Source: Candidatus Latescibacterota bacterium (GTDB taxonomy: Bacteria > Latescibacterota > UBA2968). Taken from it: a stretch of DNA of 64,000 bases. Location: the NCBI GenBank assembly GCA_965204375.1, contig OZ241986.1:3744001-3808000 (forward strand), in the 5' to 3' direction. Below are positions 19,131 to 28,920 of this stretch, in pieces (the first letter of the stretch is position 1; the number at the start of each line of letters is the position of its first letter). The position numbers were made by a program, and so were the translations under genes. Below the pieces are notes generated by a model. That model saw only the letters and a list, made by a program, of their open reading frames with translations, ran no database searches and was not told the origin of the DNA.

Positions 19131-20514
19131 CAATGGTTCGGACAAAATTAAGCGGCGATATTGCCATAATTGATTAGATATTGATATTTGGGCGATTTTT
19201 TTATGCACTTGGGGTCAAGATCAAAGATTGCAAAAATCTTTTCGAGAAAAAAAGCGTTGAAATAACAGGCTTTTATGCTTGCCATAGAAAAGGGCTTTTT
19301 TGGGGTATCTGCTTGGGCTTGTAGGTGCTCTGCTTTGGATAGATTGAGCGTTGTTAAGGCCGCATTGAAATGGAAGTCGAGGCGTTGTTGGTCTCGGGTC
19401 TGTGCATCGGATAGGCCAGTAAACTGTTTGGCATCGCGAAAGATAAATTCAATCTGGAAGCGTGCCTTGTAATACGTCAGGATTGTTTGGGCATCCAAAT
19501 CGGTATCGGTAGAGAACAAAATCACATAGTTTTTCTTGTTCTTGATCTTCTCATTGACCAAGACGACGACTTTGAGATTTCTTTTGAAGCACTTATGATT
19601 GATCACCAGGCTATACAAGGCCATGTCCTCTTGTGTGTGGTGATAGGTGAAGCGCGATACGTCTTGCCAATCCACTTTGCCATCATAAACCTTTTGCCTG
19701 CCAGAGCCTTTTTCACGTTTGGGACCTGTGTAAAGATAGCGCATATTCGCGTCGCATCGCAACTTGCCGATTTGGTGTAGCTTGAGGTTCGTCACGCCAT
19801 CAATGAATGTTTTCTTGCTAAAATACCCATCCACAGCAAGATAGGTTTCATCGGCTTTTAAGTAGGGTTGGACATCTCGCAAGTGCTGTAAATACTGATC
19901 AATGCGGGTTTCCTCATCCTCTGTTTCGGCTTTTTGGTTCGCACGCGTGGGAACGGTTTGAGCAACTTTGAGCGTAAAGGCGGTGTTTTTGTCCACATCA
20001 AGCAGGGCAACGCCACAGATTTCTAAGCCCTTTTCTTTTTTCGATTGGCAGCCATTCCAAAAGTGGTCTAAGCCATAGGTCTTTTTCCCTGACTTGGGGA
20101 TAAAAGAGGCATCTAAGGCCAGGATACGTGCAGATGCTTGGTCTTGATCTTGGTCTTGATCCTGGTCTTGATCTATACATTCATTGATGATGGCACGGTT
20201 GAACGCCATAAAGTTAAAGGATTTGTCAAATTGGCGTGCGTATGTGCGCTCACTGTAATGGGAATAACGTGAAAGGTTGCGAAAATTGATTTTGCCTCGT
20301 GCAATGAGTATGGTAGTAAAAAGCGTGATGAGAAACTTTTTTTGGGGTTTGCATAAGTTTATCCGATTGAGTATCTTTTCTGCCAGTTCCATTGTGCCGT
20401 CTCACTTGTTTGGATTGTCGTTGATTTGGATATCTTTGACATCCAATCTGCGTGAACGGCACTTTTTTGTCTATGATTTTTTGTAACCTTTAAAAAAAAC
20501 TGTCCGAAGTATTG
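19131..20514 (-). mobile_element. Complete 1384-bp insertion sequence (IS701/IS4-like DDE)
   Basis: Terminal IRs CAATGGTTCGGACA / TGTCCGAAGTATTG (12/14 match); TSD TTTACA at 19125-19130 and 20515-20520. Confidence 0.92.
19148..20392 (-). CDS. DDE transposase (IS701/IS4-like)
   Basis: LDASFIPKSGKKT, VDGYF and YKARFQIEFIFRDAKQFTGL motifs. Confidence 0.92.
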   Translation of the reverse strand: MELAEKILNRINLCKPQKKFLITLFTTILIARGKINFRNLSRYSHYSERTYARQFDKSFNFMAFNRAIINECIDQDQDQDQDQDQASARILALDASFIPKSGKKTYGLDHFWNGCQSKKEKGLEICGVALLDVDKNTAFTLKVAQTVPTRANQKAETEDEETRIDQYLQHLRDVQPYLKADETYLAVDGYFSKKTFIDGVTNLKLHQIGKLRCDANMRYLYTGPKREKGSGRQKVYDGKVDWQDVSRFTYHHTQEDMALYSLVINHKCFKRNLKVVVLVNEKIKNKKNYVILFSTDTDLDAQTILTYYKARFQIEFIFRDAKQFTGLSDAQTRDQQRLDFHFNAALTTLNLSKAEHLQAQADTPKKPFSMASIKACYFNAFFLEKIFAIFDLDPKCIKKSPKYQYLINYGNIAA

Positions 20515-20665
20515 TTTACAATGCCTTTACCAAAAAAGTAGAAATTCCCAAGCTGGTAATAGGCACGAATATCCCCTTGTTCAGCCTTCTCTTTTATTTC
20601 TTGAAAAGATTCTCCATGTGCGGGGAGTGTCACAAGCAAACAAAATACAATACTGAAACGCCACA

Positions 20666-21037
20666 TCACTGTCCCCTTTCTGACAAGACAACGTGTATGT
20701 TATGCGTGTGGTCATGCTTGAAAATTGGGCGGCCAATCGTGGGTTTGGTCAAGTTACTTGGCGGATACTCGGCTTGAAAATAGTTTACCTTATACCCTAA
20801 ATCTTCCATTGCCCCTATCGTCACTTTTGTCAATACACTACCAGGCATCCCGTAGGGCTGCATAATGTCCCATTGAAGCTCTGGAAACCGCCAGTGCGAA
20901 GTTCCTGTCATTGGAACGCGGAGATCGGGAATGCCAAAGACCAACTTTTCGCCCATGTAGTGATACAGAATTTCCCGATAGGCAGCTATGGCGTTTGCGC
21001 CATTGAAAAACGGAATTACCTTTGCAGTATGTCCTGC
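20666..21037 (-). pseudogene. C-terminal fragment of a leishmanolysin (M8)-like zinc metalloprotease
   Basis: FNGANAIAAY...SHW...DIM...TIGAMEDLGYKVNY. An in-frame TGA at 21038-21040 lies upstream and no HExxH half is present. Confidence 0.6.
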
Positions 21038-21180
21038 TCAATATACAACAGCAAGAACAAGAGTTCCGAAAATGCATTCGGTTACTGATTAATCCCCCGT
21101 ATTTTAACGCTCATTAGGTTTTGTCGTGTACTATGACTTTTTTTATAAAGCAGTGTAGCAGCATCACAATGGATGGTCGT

Positions 21181-21372
21181 TTATTTTAGGGACGCTGTCT
21201 GCCCTGCGAACTTAGAGCCTTGCAATTCCTGGAATAATTGCACTTGATCTGAATACTTCGTATTGAACGATTTTAAATAGGCTATGTATTTATCCGAATT
21301 ATGATCACATACTTTAGACATAAGCTTCCGGCTTTCTCGGATATTTTCAATCAATTCGTGATATGTATCCAT
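21181..21372 (-). CDS. Small protein partnered with the PIN-domain gene
   Basis: 63 aa, starting 2 nt after the PIN gene stop; ELIENIRESR helix resembles partners of this PIN subfamily. Confidence 0.65.
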   Translation of the reverse strand: MDTYHELIENIRESRKLMSKVCDHNSDKYIAYLKSFNTKYSDQVQLFQELQGSKFAGQTASLK

Positions 21373-21374
21373 GA

Positions 21375-21848
21375 CTATTCATCTCCCATGAGTTCCAGAG
21401 GGGTTATTAACATTGGCACATAAAGCCCTAAAAGAGTATTGATCCGGCGAATATGTCCCGCCTTATTGGCATTGGCGAGGTGTTCACAATTCCAGGTCAA
21501 AAGATAATCGAATTTATGAAATGATGCCAAAGCCAAATGCAATGCATCGCCAAGCGGATCACGAGGCATAACATGATGTTCAATATAGACATCTACAATT
21601 TTACCAATTTCATCTTCAGGTGCGACGGCTGGCAAAGTCATCGCCAAATTGAGAGCTTCCTTTCGATGGGGTAGATTTCCGGTATCCAATTCAGCCAAAA
21701 CAGCCGTACTGGTCGCTATCAGGTAACGGTGCCGATGGTTGTCCCACCATTGGCGTGTCCAACCCTGCATCGCAATTGCTGCGGGACTCGTGCGCCTCTC
21801 AAAATAGAAGCTAAAAATAGATGTTTCAAGATAAACCGTTTGAGCCAC
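21375..21848 (-). CDS. PIN domain (VapC-like) protein
   Basis: VYLETS, DALHLA and LLTWNCEHLAN motifs. Confidence 0.88.
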   Translation of the reverse strand: MAQTVYLETSIFSFYFERRTSPAAIAMQGWTRQWWDNHRHRYLIATSTAVLAELDTGNLPHRKEALNLAMTLPAVAPEDEIGKIVDVYIEHHVMPRDPLGDALHLALASFHKFDYLLTWNCEHLANANKAGHIRRINTLLGLYVPMLITPLELMGDE

Positions 21849-22091
21849 AGGTCAAAGTCCTTTCACTTAATATTTTTTTGGTCAATGGATCTGTGACCCA
21901 AAAATTGAATACATGATCCGAGTCTGGATAGAGGTCTGTCAGGACATTCACTAAACGGGGTGACAAATTTTGATCCATTGCCAATTTAAAAGTTGAAATT
22001 ATTGCGTCCTACAAAGAAGATTGCGCGAAAAGCAATTCTGAGATACATTTGAAAAATAAAATTCCAAACGCACAAATTCAGGAGACCCACC

Positions 22092-23363
22092 ATGATCCAG
22101 AGCGGTGTTGCAAGCGGAGACATCACGCCAGAACCAGGTCCAGTGCTTCAGGGGCATTGGAACACCAACCCATCGCATTCCGTGCTCTATCCATTGGAAG
22201 TACGGGCGGTTGTATTTGCCGAAGAAAACGCGCAAATAGCCATCGCCACACTCGACGTCATCGGCATAACCAAAGTCATCACTGACCGAATCCGAGCGCA
22301 GGTGGCAAGCGCGTGTGGAATCCCGGGAGACAGCGTAATGGTAGCGTGCAGCCACACGCACTGCGCCCTCCCCACACTGCCGTGTTTGGGCATGACACCC
22401 GACCCCGAATATATGGATCGCATAGTCGAAACCACCGCCGCGTGCATAGCCGAAGCAGCCGCAAATCTCCAGCCCGTAACCCTCGGCCTGGGATGTGGAT
22501 CCGCGCATTTCAACATCAACCGCCGTCCGCTCCCCGGAGCCTCGAGCATGACCTTGAACTACGGCGGCATCGTCGATCGCCGCGTGCGAGTCTTACACGT
22601 AACAAGAGCAAACAGCGCACCCCTCGCCACATTATTCCACTACGCCTGTCACCCGACCACATTGAGCGGCGCCAACGGCATCATCTCGCCCGATTACCCC
22701 GGCATTGCCCGCAACCGAATTGAACAAACCCTCGGTAGCAAAGCACTCTTCTTGCCCGGATGCTTTGGCAACATCCGCCCCGCCATCCTGAGCGAAACCG
22801 GAGGATTTGCCTCCGCCACCAGAGAACAATTAGACGCATGCGGTCACGAACTCGGCGATGAAGTATGCCGCGTAGCCACAGGACTAAACACCCGAAGTGC
22901 AGAAGGCATATCTGCCCGCCGCACCGACATTGCAATACCTTATGGCGACCTCATGCCCGAAGACGAACTGCAAAAGATGGCAGCAGACAAAAGCGACCGC
23001 GGACAATTATTAACAGGCCCCTGGGCAAGGCAGGTACTGGAAATGGCAGCATCAGACACCGTCCCAACCGAAAAACCCACCGAAATGCAACTCATGCAGG
23101 TAGGACCACTATCACTGATCACCATACCGGGCGAACCCGTACAGGAAATTGGACATGCAATGGAAAAAAGGCTGCGGGATATCAGCGAAGACCTGTGGCC
23201 CGTGGGCTATGCCAATGACGAAGTGGGATATTTGTGTACAGAGCGGCAATACGAAGAAGGCGGTTACGAACCAAACGCCTATCCGTATTACGGGGAACCC
23301 GCGCCATATCAGGGCGAAGAAGAGATCATCTTGCAAACAGCAGACGCTTTAGCACGGGACTAA
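22092..23363 (+). CDS. Neutral/alkaline ceramidase N-terminal-like metallo-amidohydrolase
   Basis: DITP, CSHTH, INRR, YACHPT, SPDYPG, PGEP and GYAND..GY..Y.EGGYE motifs. Confidence 0.8.
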   Translation: MIQSGVASGDITPEPGPVLQGHWNTNPSHSVLYPLEVRAVVFAEENAQIAIATLDVIGITKVITDRIRAQVASACGIPGDSVMVACSHTHCALPTLPCLGMTPDPEYMDRIVETTAACIAEAAANLQPVTLGLGCGSAHFNINRRPLPGASSMTLNYGGIVDRRVRVLHVTRANSAPLATLFHYACHPTTLSGANGIISPDYPGIARNRIEQTLGSKALFLPGCFGNIRPAILSETGGFASATREQLDACGHELGDEVCRVATGLNTRSAEGISARRTDIAIPYGDLMPEDELQKMAADKSDRGQLLTGPWARQVLEMAASDTVPTEKPTEMQLMQVGPLSLITIPGEPVQEIGHAMEKRLRDISEDLWPVGYANDEVGYLCTERQYEEGGYEPNAYPYYGEPAPYQGEEEIILQTADALARD

Positions 23364-23365
23364 AC

Positions 23366-24622
23366 ATGAAACACATCGATATACCTTATGGCCGAGGAGC
23401 CGTATCTGTTCAAACAGACCCCAAACTCGCGCACTGGGATGTAATCCGCCCTGCATTTGAACCCGCACTCGAAGACCCCAAACGGCTCTTTAATGAAGCC
23501 GTGCGCGATCCCATCGGCACAAAACCGCTCAGAGAAATAGTCAAGCCCTCCGACCGGGTCGTAATCGCAACATCCGACGGCACCCGCCCCGTCCCCAACA
23601 AACAACTGATCCCCTATCTACTCGAAGAACTGCCCGTATCCCCCGACCAGATAACCGTATTGATCGGCACGGGCACGCACAGGCCAAATACAAAGCGCGA
23701 AATTGTCGAAATGTTTGGCGAAGAGATGGTTCGCCGCGTACGCATTGTCAACCACGATGCATTTAGCGAGACGCAAAACGAGCGGGTAGGCAAAACTGCG
23801 GACGGAACAACCGTATTTTTGAACCGGGAATACATCAATGCAAATGTGCGCATTGCCCTCGGATTTATCGAACCGCACTTCTTTGCGGGCTTCTCGGGGG
23901 GTCCCAAAGCAGTCGCGCCCGGCGTGGCGAGCATTGAAACCATTTTTCGACTGCATCGCGCCGAACTGATCGCCGACCCAAACAGCACCTATGGCGTACT
24001 CCACGAAAATCCACTACACCGGGAAATTCGCGAATGCGTCGCCCTGTGTCCCCCGGATTTCTTGCTCAACGTGACACTCAATGCAGAAAAGAAAATCTCG
24101 GGATATTACGCGGGCGACCTCTCCCTTGCCCATGCAAAAGGATGCGCCGATGTAAAAGCCTCGGCAATGGTACCCGTCGAAACACCCTTCCCACTGGTGG
24201 TCACATCCAACAGCGGCTTTCCCCTGGATCAAAACCTGTATCAAACCGTAAAAGGCATCTCAGCCGCAGCGCGTATCGTAACCGACGGCGGAACAATTCT
24301 CGTAGCGAGTGCGTGCAGCGATGGCGTACCCGATCACGGCAATTTTGCGGCATTGATGCGCGAAGGTCATACACCTGCAGACGTAATAGAATCGGTCTAT
24401 GCACGCGAACCGATCCTCGACCAGTGGCAGGCGCAAATTCTATCGGGCATATTAGATCGCGTAAACGTAAAAGTCTATACCGAAATGGACAGCAATGAAG
24501 TCCGCGCCTGCAAACTACAGGTCATACCCGACCTCAACAAAGCGATCCACGAGCACCTGGAATCCCGAGATAATCGCATAGCCGTATTGCCCGATGGCCC
24601 CCTGGTCATCCCCTACCTATGA
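23366..24622 (+). CDS. larA: Nickel-pincer-dependent lactate racemase (LarA) family protein
   Basis: SDGTRP, GTGTHRP, IEPHFFAGFSGGPK and PLDQNLYQ motifs. True start is ATG 23366. Confidence 0.88.
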   Translation: MKHIDIPYGRGAVSVQTDPKLAHWDVIRPAFEPALEDPKRLFNEAVRDPIGTKPLREIVKPSDRVVIATSDGTRPVPNKQLIPYLLEELPVSPDQITVLIGTGTHRPNTKREIVEMFGEEMVRRVRIVNHDAFSETQNERVGKTADGTTVFLNREYINANVRIALGFIEPHFFAGFSGGPKAVAPGVASIETIFRLHRAELIADPNSTYGVLHENPLHREIRECVALCPPDFLLNVTLNAEKKISGYYAGDLSLAHAKGCADVKASAMVPVETPFPLVVTSNSGFPLDQNLYQTVKGISAAARIVTDGGTILVASACSDGVPDHGNFAALMREGHTPADVIESVYAREPILDQWQAQILSGILDRVNVKVYTEMDSNEVRACKLQVIPDLNKAIHEHLESRDNRIAVLPDGPLVIPYL

Positions 24623-24695
24623 TCCCTGGGACGGGCAGGCACGAGCGGTTTACAACGGGTCGCAGTCCAGACCCGTTCACGCACTGCCCCTACAT

Positions 24696-24725
24696 CATCT
24701 GCGTCTATCTGCGTCCATCTGCGGA
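24696..24725 (-). repeat. Decamer tandem repeat (CGCAGATGRA-like x3); another copy on + at 31885-31914
   Basis: Read directly from the sequence; both copies are intergenic. Confidence 0.75.
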
Positions 24726-24733
24726 TACGCTCC

Positions 24734-26314
24734 TCAAACAGGACCCGCCTCTATAATCTCATCGCTGACCCCATCTTCAAACTGCTTGAAATTCTCCTTA
24801 AACAACCGCGCCAGATACGTGGCCCTCGCGTCGTATTCAGAAGGATTGGACCACGTTGCACGCGGAGACAAAATACTACCCGTAACATCTGGACAGGTTT
24901 TTGGAACCTCAAAACCAAAGCGCGGGTCTGTTTCGCACGCCACATCTGTCAAAGCACCATTGTGTATCGCCCGAATAATTGAGCGGGTATTCGTCAACGT
25001 AATGCGCCTACCAACACCGTAGCCACCGCCCGACCAGCCCGTATTGACCAGCCACACATCCGAATTGTGTTGCTGGATCTTTTCTGCCAGTTGCTCGGCG
25101 TACTTCCCCGGATGCCACACGAGAAAAGGCGCGCCAAAACAGGCCGAAAAAGAAGCCTGTGGTTCGGTAACACCCATCTCTGTACCCGCGACCTTAGCCG
25201 TATAACCGCTGATAAAATGGTACATCGCCTGTGCAGGCGTGAGCTTGCTCACCGGAGGCAAAACACCAAACGCATCGCAAGTCAAAAAAATGACATTTTT
25301 CGGATGACCACTCACACATGGAATTTGTGCATTGGGAATATACTCGATGGGATATGCCGCGCGCGTATTTTCCGTAATTGTATCATCGTCGTAATTAACC
25401 ACGCGCGTGTTCTCGTCAAAAACGACATTTTCGAGCACCGTCCCAAAACGGATCGCATTGTAAATCTCCGGCTCGCGCGCTTGCGAAAGACCAATGCACT
25501 TGGCGTAACAACCGCCCTCAAAATTAAAAATACCGCGATCGCTCCACCCGTGTTCATCATCGCCAATAAGACGGCGCCGTGGCTCGGCGGAAAGCGTCGT
25601 TTTTCCCGTACCCGACAGACCAAAAAAGAGCGCCGTATCACCCGCTGCACCCACATTGGCCGAACAGTGCATCGACAAAATATCCTGCTTGGGCAAAACA
25701 TAGTTCAGAACCGTGAAAACACCTTTCTTCATCTCACCCGCATATTCCGTCCCCAAAATAACCATCTCTTGCAATTCAAAACTCACATCCACACTCGTAG
25801 TCGAGGTCATTTCAACTGTATATCGGTTCGCGGGAAATCTGCCAGCATTAAAAATGACATAATCCGGCTCGCCAAAATTTTCAAGCTCTGTGCGCGAGGG
25901 ACGCATAAGCATATTGTGCATAAACAGAGCATGGTAGGCACGGGCGCAAACAACCCGCACCTTAACGCGATATTTGGGATCCCAACCCGCATAACCGTCA
26001 ACCACATAGATGCGATCACAAACATTGAGATAATCGATAGCCCGCTCTCTATTAATCAGAAACGTGCGCTCATCGAGCTTGATATTGACCTCACCCCACC
26101 AGATATCATCCGCACTATCGGGATGATGCACAATGCGTTTATCCTCTGGACTGCGCCCGGTCTTTTCTCCCGAGCGCACAATGAGTGCCCCAGTACTCGT
26201 AATAGTCGATCCGGTCTCGTGGGTCAGTGCCTCCTCGTAAAGCACCGCAGGCGAAGCATTGCGCAAAATAAGCGGCCTGGTGATATTGTAGCGTTCCAAA
26301 TTTATTCCGGTCAT
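24734..26314 (-). CDS. pckA: Phosphoenolpyruvate carboxykinase (ATP)
   Basis: [25 protein letters not shown] and NFEGGCYAK motifs; AAGGAG RBS before ATG 26314. Confidence 0.96.
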   Translation of the reverse strand: MTGINLERYNITRPLILRNASPAVLYEEALTHETGSTITSTGALIVRSGEKTGRSPEDKRIVHHPDSADDIWWGEVNIKLDERTFLINRERAIDYLNVCDRIYVVDGYAGWDPKYRVKVRVVCARAYHALFMHNMLMRPSRTELENFGEPDYVIFNAGRFPANRYTVEMTSTTSVDVSFELQEMVILGTEYAGEMKKGVFTVLNYVLPKQDILSMHCSANVGAAGDTALFFGLSGTGKTTLSAEPRRRLIGDDEHGWSDRGIFNFEGGCYAKCIGLSQAREPEIYNAIRFGTVLENVVFDENTRVVNYDDDTITENTRAAYPIEYIPNAQIPCVSGHPKNVIFLTCDAFGVLPPVSKLTPAQAMYHFISGYTAKVAGTEMGVTEPQASFSACFGAPFLVWHPGKYAEQLAEKIQQHNSDVWLVNTGWSGGGYGVGRRITLTNTRSIIRAIHNGALTDVACETDPRFGFEVPKTCPDVTGSILSPRATWSNPSEYDARATYLARLFKENFKQFEDGVSDEIIEAGPV

Positions 26315-26378
26315 ACAATGAACTCCTTTCGGGATCAGGGTGATCAGGATGGTCTCCAGCGGCAATCAGCAAAACCTC

Positions 26379-26442
26379 CTGGATCGCGGCTCAAGCATGC
26401 CCCGTAGTGTTTTTATACGGGGATCATGCCGCGATGACGAGT
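26379..26442. repeat. REP-like palindrome CTGGATCGCGG..CCGCGATGACG with an internal palindromic insert
   Basis: The same element without the insert occurs at 45965-45998 and 46761-46797. Confidence 0.8.
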
Positions 26443-26577
26443 GCCTTTAACGTCTCGCCTCTCAAAATATATCATACAAGACACTTCAAACCAAATATTA
26501 CTCCGCGCCCAAAAATTCCTTCATTATTTAAAAAATAGTCATTATATTTCGCGTCTGACCATCAATCGGAGGAAAAC

Positions 26578-27429
26578 ATGTCCAAAAAATGGTTGCGCGT
26601 TGCCGCATGTCAAATGCATGCCAATGAGAACATCGAAAAAAACACATGTGGGGTCATCGACCGTCTGAACACCTGTGCGCGTGAAAAAGTAGATATAGCT
26701 GCATTTCACGAAGGTGTTTTATACGGCTATAGCAACTGCCCCGACTTCTGGTCAAACCTGGATCAAACGCGCATTGAAAAAGCCGAACGGCAAATTATAC
26801 AGATATGCCGTGAAAAAGGCATTGCCGCAATCGTAGGCTCAACCCATCTCGAAAACGGGCAACGCTACAACAGCCTGCTCGTCATAGATCGCGATGGCAC
26901 AGTACAGGGGCGCTATGGCAAAATACATCTGGCGGGTGAAAAATGGTGTGAACCCGCGCAACACCTGCCCATTTACCACTTGTGCGGCGTACCCTGTTGT
27001 TTTTTAATCTGTCACGACATACGATATCCCGAACTCGTGAGATTGCCCGCCGCAGCCGGTGCAAAAATCTGCTTCTTCGCCAGTTGTGAAAGCTCTGTCA
27101 CCTCAGAGCACAAATTGTCGGCCTATCGCGCCATGCCCATCAGCCGCGCAACCGAAAATGACATTTACGTCGTCATGGCAAACGCGCCCGCCGACCCCCT
27201 GGACATCAACCGCGCGGGATCTTCCCACGGCGAATCAAAAATCATCCATCCAAATGGCAACGTCATAGTCGAGGCCGGCATATTCACGGACGAGATCATA
27301 ATCCGCAAATTAGACCTCCATCAGGCATCGCGCAACATCGCATTGCGAGCCGTGAATGACACAACGCGTCTGCGCGAATGGATGAAAAAAGGCGTAAAAT
27401 TAGTAGATTTTGAAAAGGAGCATTCATGA
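26578..27429 (+). CDS. Carbon-nitrogen hydrolase (nitrilase superfamily)
   Basis: Catalytic E-K-C in FHE, YGKIHL and ICHDIRYPE. Confidence 0.9.
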   Translation: MSKKWLRVAACQMHANENIEKNTCGVIDRLNTCAREKVDIAAFHEGVLYGYSNCPDFWSNLDQTRIEKAERQIIQICREKGIAAIVGSTHLENGQRYNSLLVIDRDGTVQGRYGKIHLAGEKWCEPAQHLPIYHLCGVPCCFLICHDIRYPELVRLPAAAGAKICFFASCESSVTSEHKLSAYRAMPISRATENDIYVVMANAPADPLDINRAGSSHGESKIIHPNGNVIVEAGIFTDEIIIRKLDLHQASRNIALRAVNDTTRLREWMKKGVKLVDFEKEHS

Positions 27430-28883
27430 AAGGAACAAAACCAAACATCTTGTGGATCTGTACAGACCAGCAGCGATATGACACCATTGGCGCACTGGGC
27501 AATCCCCATGTAGATACCCCCAATATCGACCGGCTAATCGCCGAAGGATTTGCATTTACCCATGCATATTGCCAGAGTCCGATTTGCACACCGAGTCGGA
27601 CGAGTTTCTTGACCGGACAATACGCCAGTGCCGTACACGTAAATGGCAATGGCAACTCGCATTTCCCAGACGCGCCACCCCTGGTCACCAAAATACTCGC
27701 AGACAACGGATACGACTGCGGGCTAATCGGCAAATTGCACTTATCGAGCGCGCATGGACGCATAGAAAAAAGAACAGATGACGGATATCGATACTGGCAA
27801 TACAGCCACGCGCCCCGGGACGATTGGGAAACCGGACACGATTATGCCGACTGGGTGCGATCAAAAGGCGAAATCCTGGGCGAACTCATCAAAAGTCCCG
27901 ATGGTGTACCTGCAGAACTGCACCAGACCACGTGGTGTGCGGAAAAAACCATCGAATTTTTGAGCGAACAGCGCGATGGACCCTGGTTGGCCTCTGTGAA
28001 CATCTACGACCCACATCCGCCATTTAACCCGCCCAAAACGTACCGCGAAATGTTTGACTCCGAACAGGTAAACGGTCCCCTATTTCGAGAAAGCGACCTC
28101 GCGCAACAAGAAAAACTGGAAGCCATCGACTTCCAGTCCAAAGGCCGACACCCCGATGAATTGGATATACGAAGCCCCGTAATCCCCAGGACGCCGACGC
28201 GCGGATTGCACGAATCCGAATCAGCCGGAAAACGCGATGCAAAAACACTCATCGCCGCCTATTACGCCATGATCAAATTGATTGACGACCAACTCGGGCG
28301 CATAATTGCCGCACTGGAAGAAACTGGACAGCGCGACAACACATTGATTATCTTCACCAGCGACCACGGCGAAACTCTCGGAGACCATGGACTGATCCAA
28401 AAGGGATGCCGTTTTTACGAAGGACTGGTACGCGTACCACTCATTTTTTCATGGCCGGGTTATGTAAAATCGGACCAAAAAAGCGACGCACTCGTCGAAC
28501 TGCGCGACATAGCCCCCCTCTTATTGGAACTGGCTGGCATAGAAGTACCCGAGCGAATGCAACCGCATTCGCTATCACCCATGCTAAGCGGGGATCACCC
28601 CCCCGACGAACACCGCGATTTTGTGCGCTGTGAATATTACGATGCACTCGATCAAGCCGACGGAACATTTGCCACAATGTATCGCAATCGTCGGTACAAA
28701 CTTGTGGTCTATCACGGACACGGCCTGGGCGAACTCTACGACTTGCAGGAGGATCCAGACGAATTTGGCAATCTGTGGGACAGTCCCGATCATGCAGATG
28801 TAAAACTCGACTTAATGCAACGCAGTTTTGATGCGTCAATGCTCGCAATGGACAGAGGTCCAGAACGCATTGGACCGATGTAA
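27426..28883 (+). CDS. Formylglycine-type sulfatase
   Basis: PNILWI.TDQQR, CTPSR, GKLH and SDHGE motifs. Confidence 0.92.
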   Translation: MKGTKPNILWICTDQQRYDTIGALGNPHVDTPNIDRLIAEGFAFTHAYCQSPICTPSRTSFLTGQYASAVHVNGNGNSHFPDAPPLVTKILADNGYDCGLIGKLHLSSAHGRIEKRTDDGYRYWQYSHAPRDDWETGHDYADWVRSKGEILGELIKSPDGVPAELHQTTWCAEKTIEFLSEQRDGPWLASVNIYDPHPPFNPPKTYREMFDSEQVNGPLFRESDLAQQEKLEAIDFQSKGRHPDELDIRSPVIPRTPTRGLHESESAGKRDAKTLIAAYYAMIKLIDDQLGRIIAALEETGQRDNTLIIFTSDHGETLGDHGLIQKGCRFYEGLVRVPLIFSWPGYVKSDQKSDALVELRDIAPLLLELAGIEVPERMQPHSLSPMLSGDHPPDEHRDFVRCEYYDALDQADGTFATMYRNRRYKLVVYHGHGLGELYDLQEDPDEFGNLWDSPDHADVKLDLMQRSFDASMLAMDRGPERIGPM

Positions 28884-28920
28884 AAACCAGAACTTGTATT
28901 CATCGTCGCGGAGGTATTAC

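Larger units (their letters stand above)
18299..20666 (-). pseudogene. Secreted Sel1-like repeat protein interrupted by an IS
   Basis: The 5' part (20666-20521) encodes MWRFSIVFCLLVTLPAHG (signal peptide)...AEQGD..AYYQLG..YFFGKG. The 3' part (19130-18299) continues in frame with SLR repeats. Removing the IS and one TSD gives 325 aa. Confidence 0.9.

Noticed and set aside
17139-22033. 67-bp direct repeat as attL/attR of a prophage or ICE
   Set aside because: No integrase or tRNA is present, and the repeat is better explained as part of a collapsed gene duplicate.
25067-26407. 446-aa plus-strand ORF
   Set aside because: Antisense shadow of pckA.
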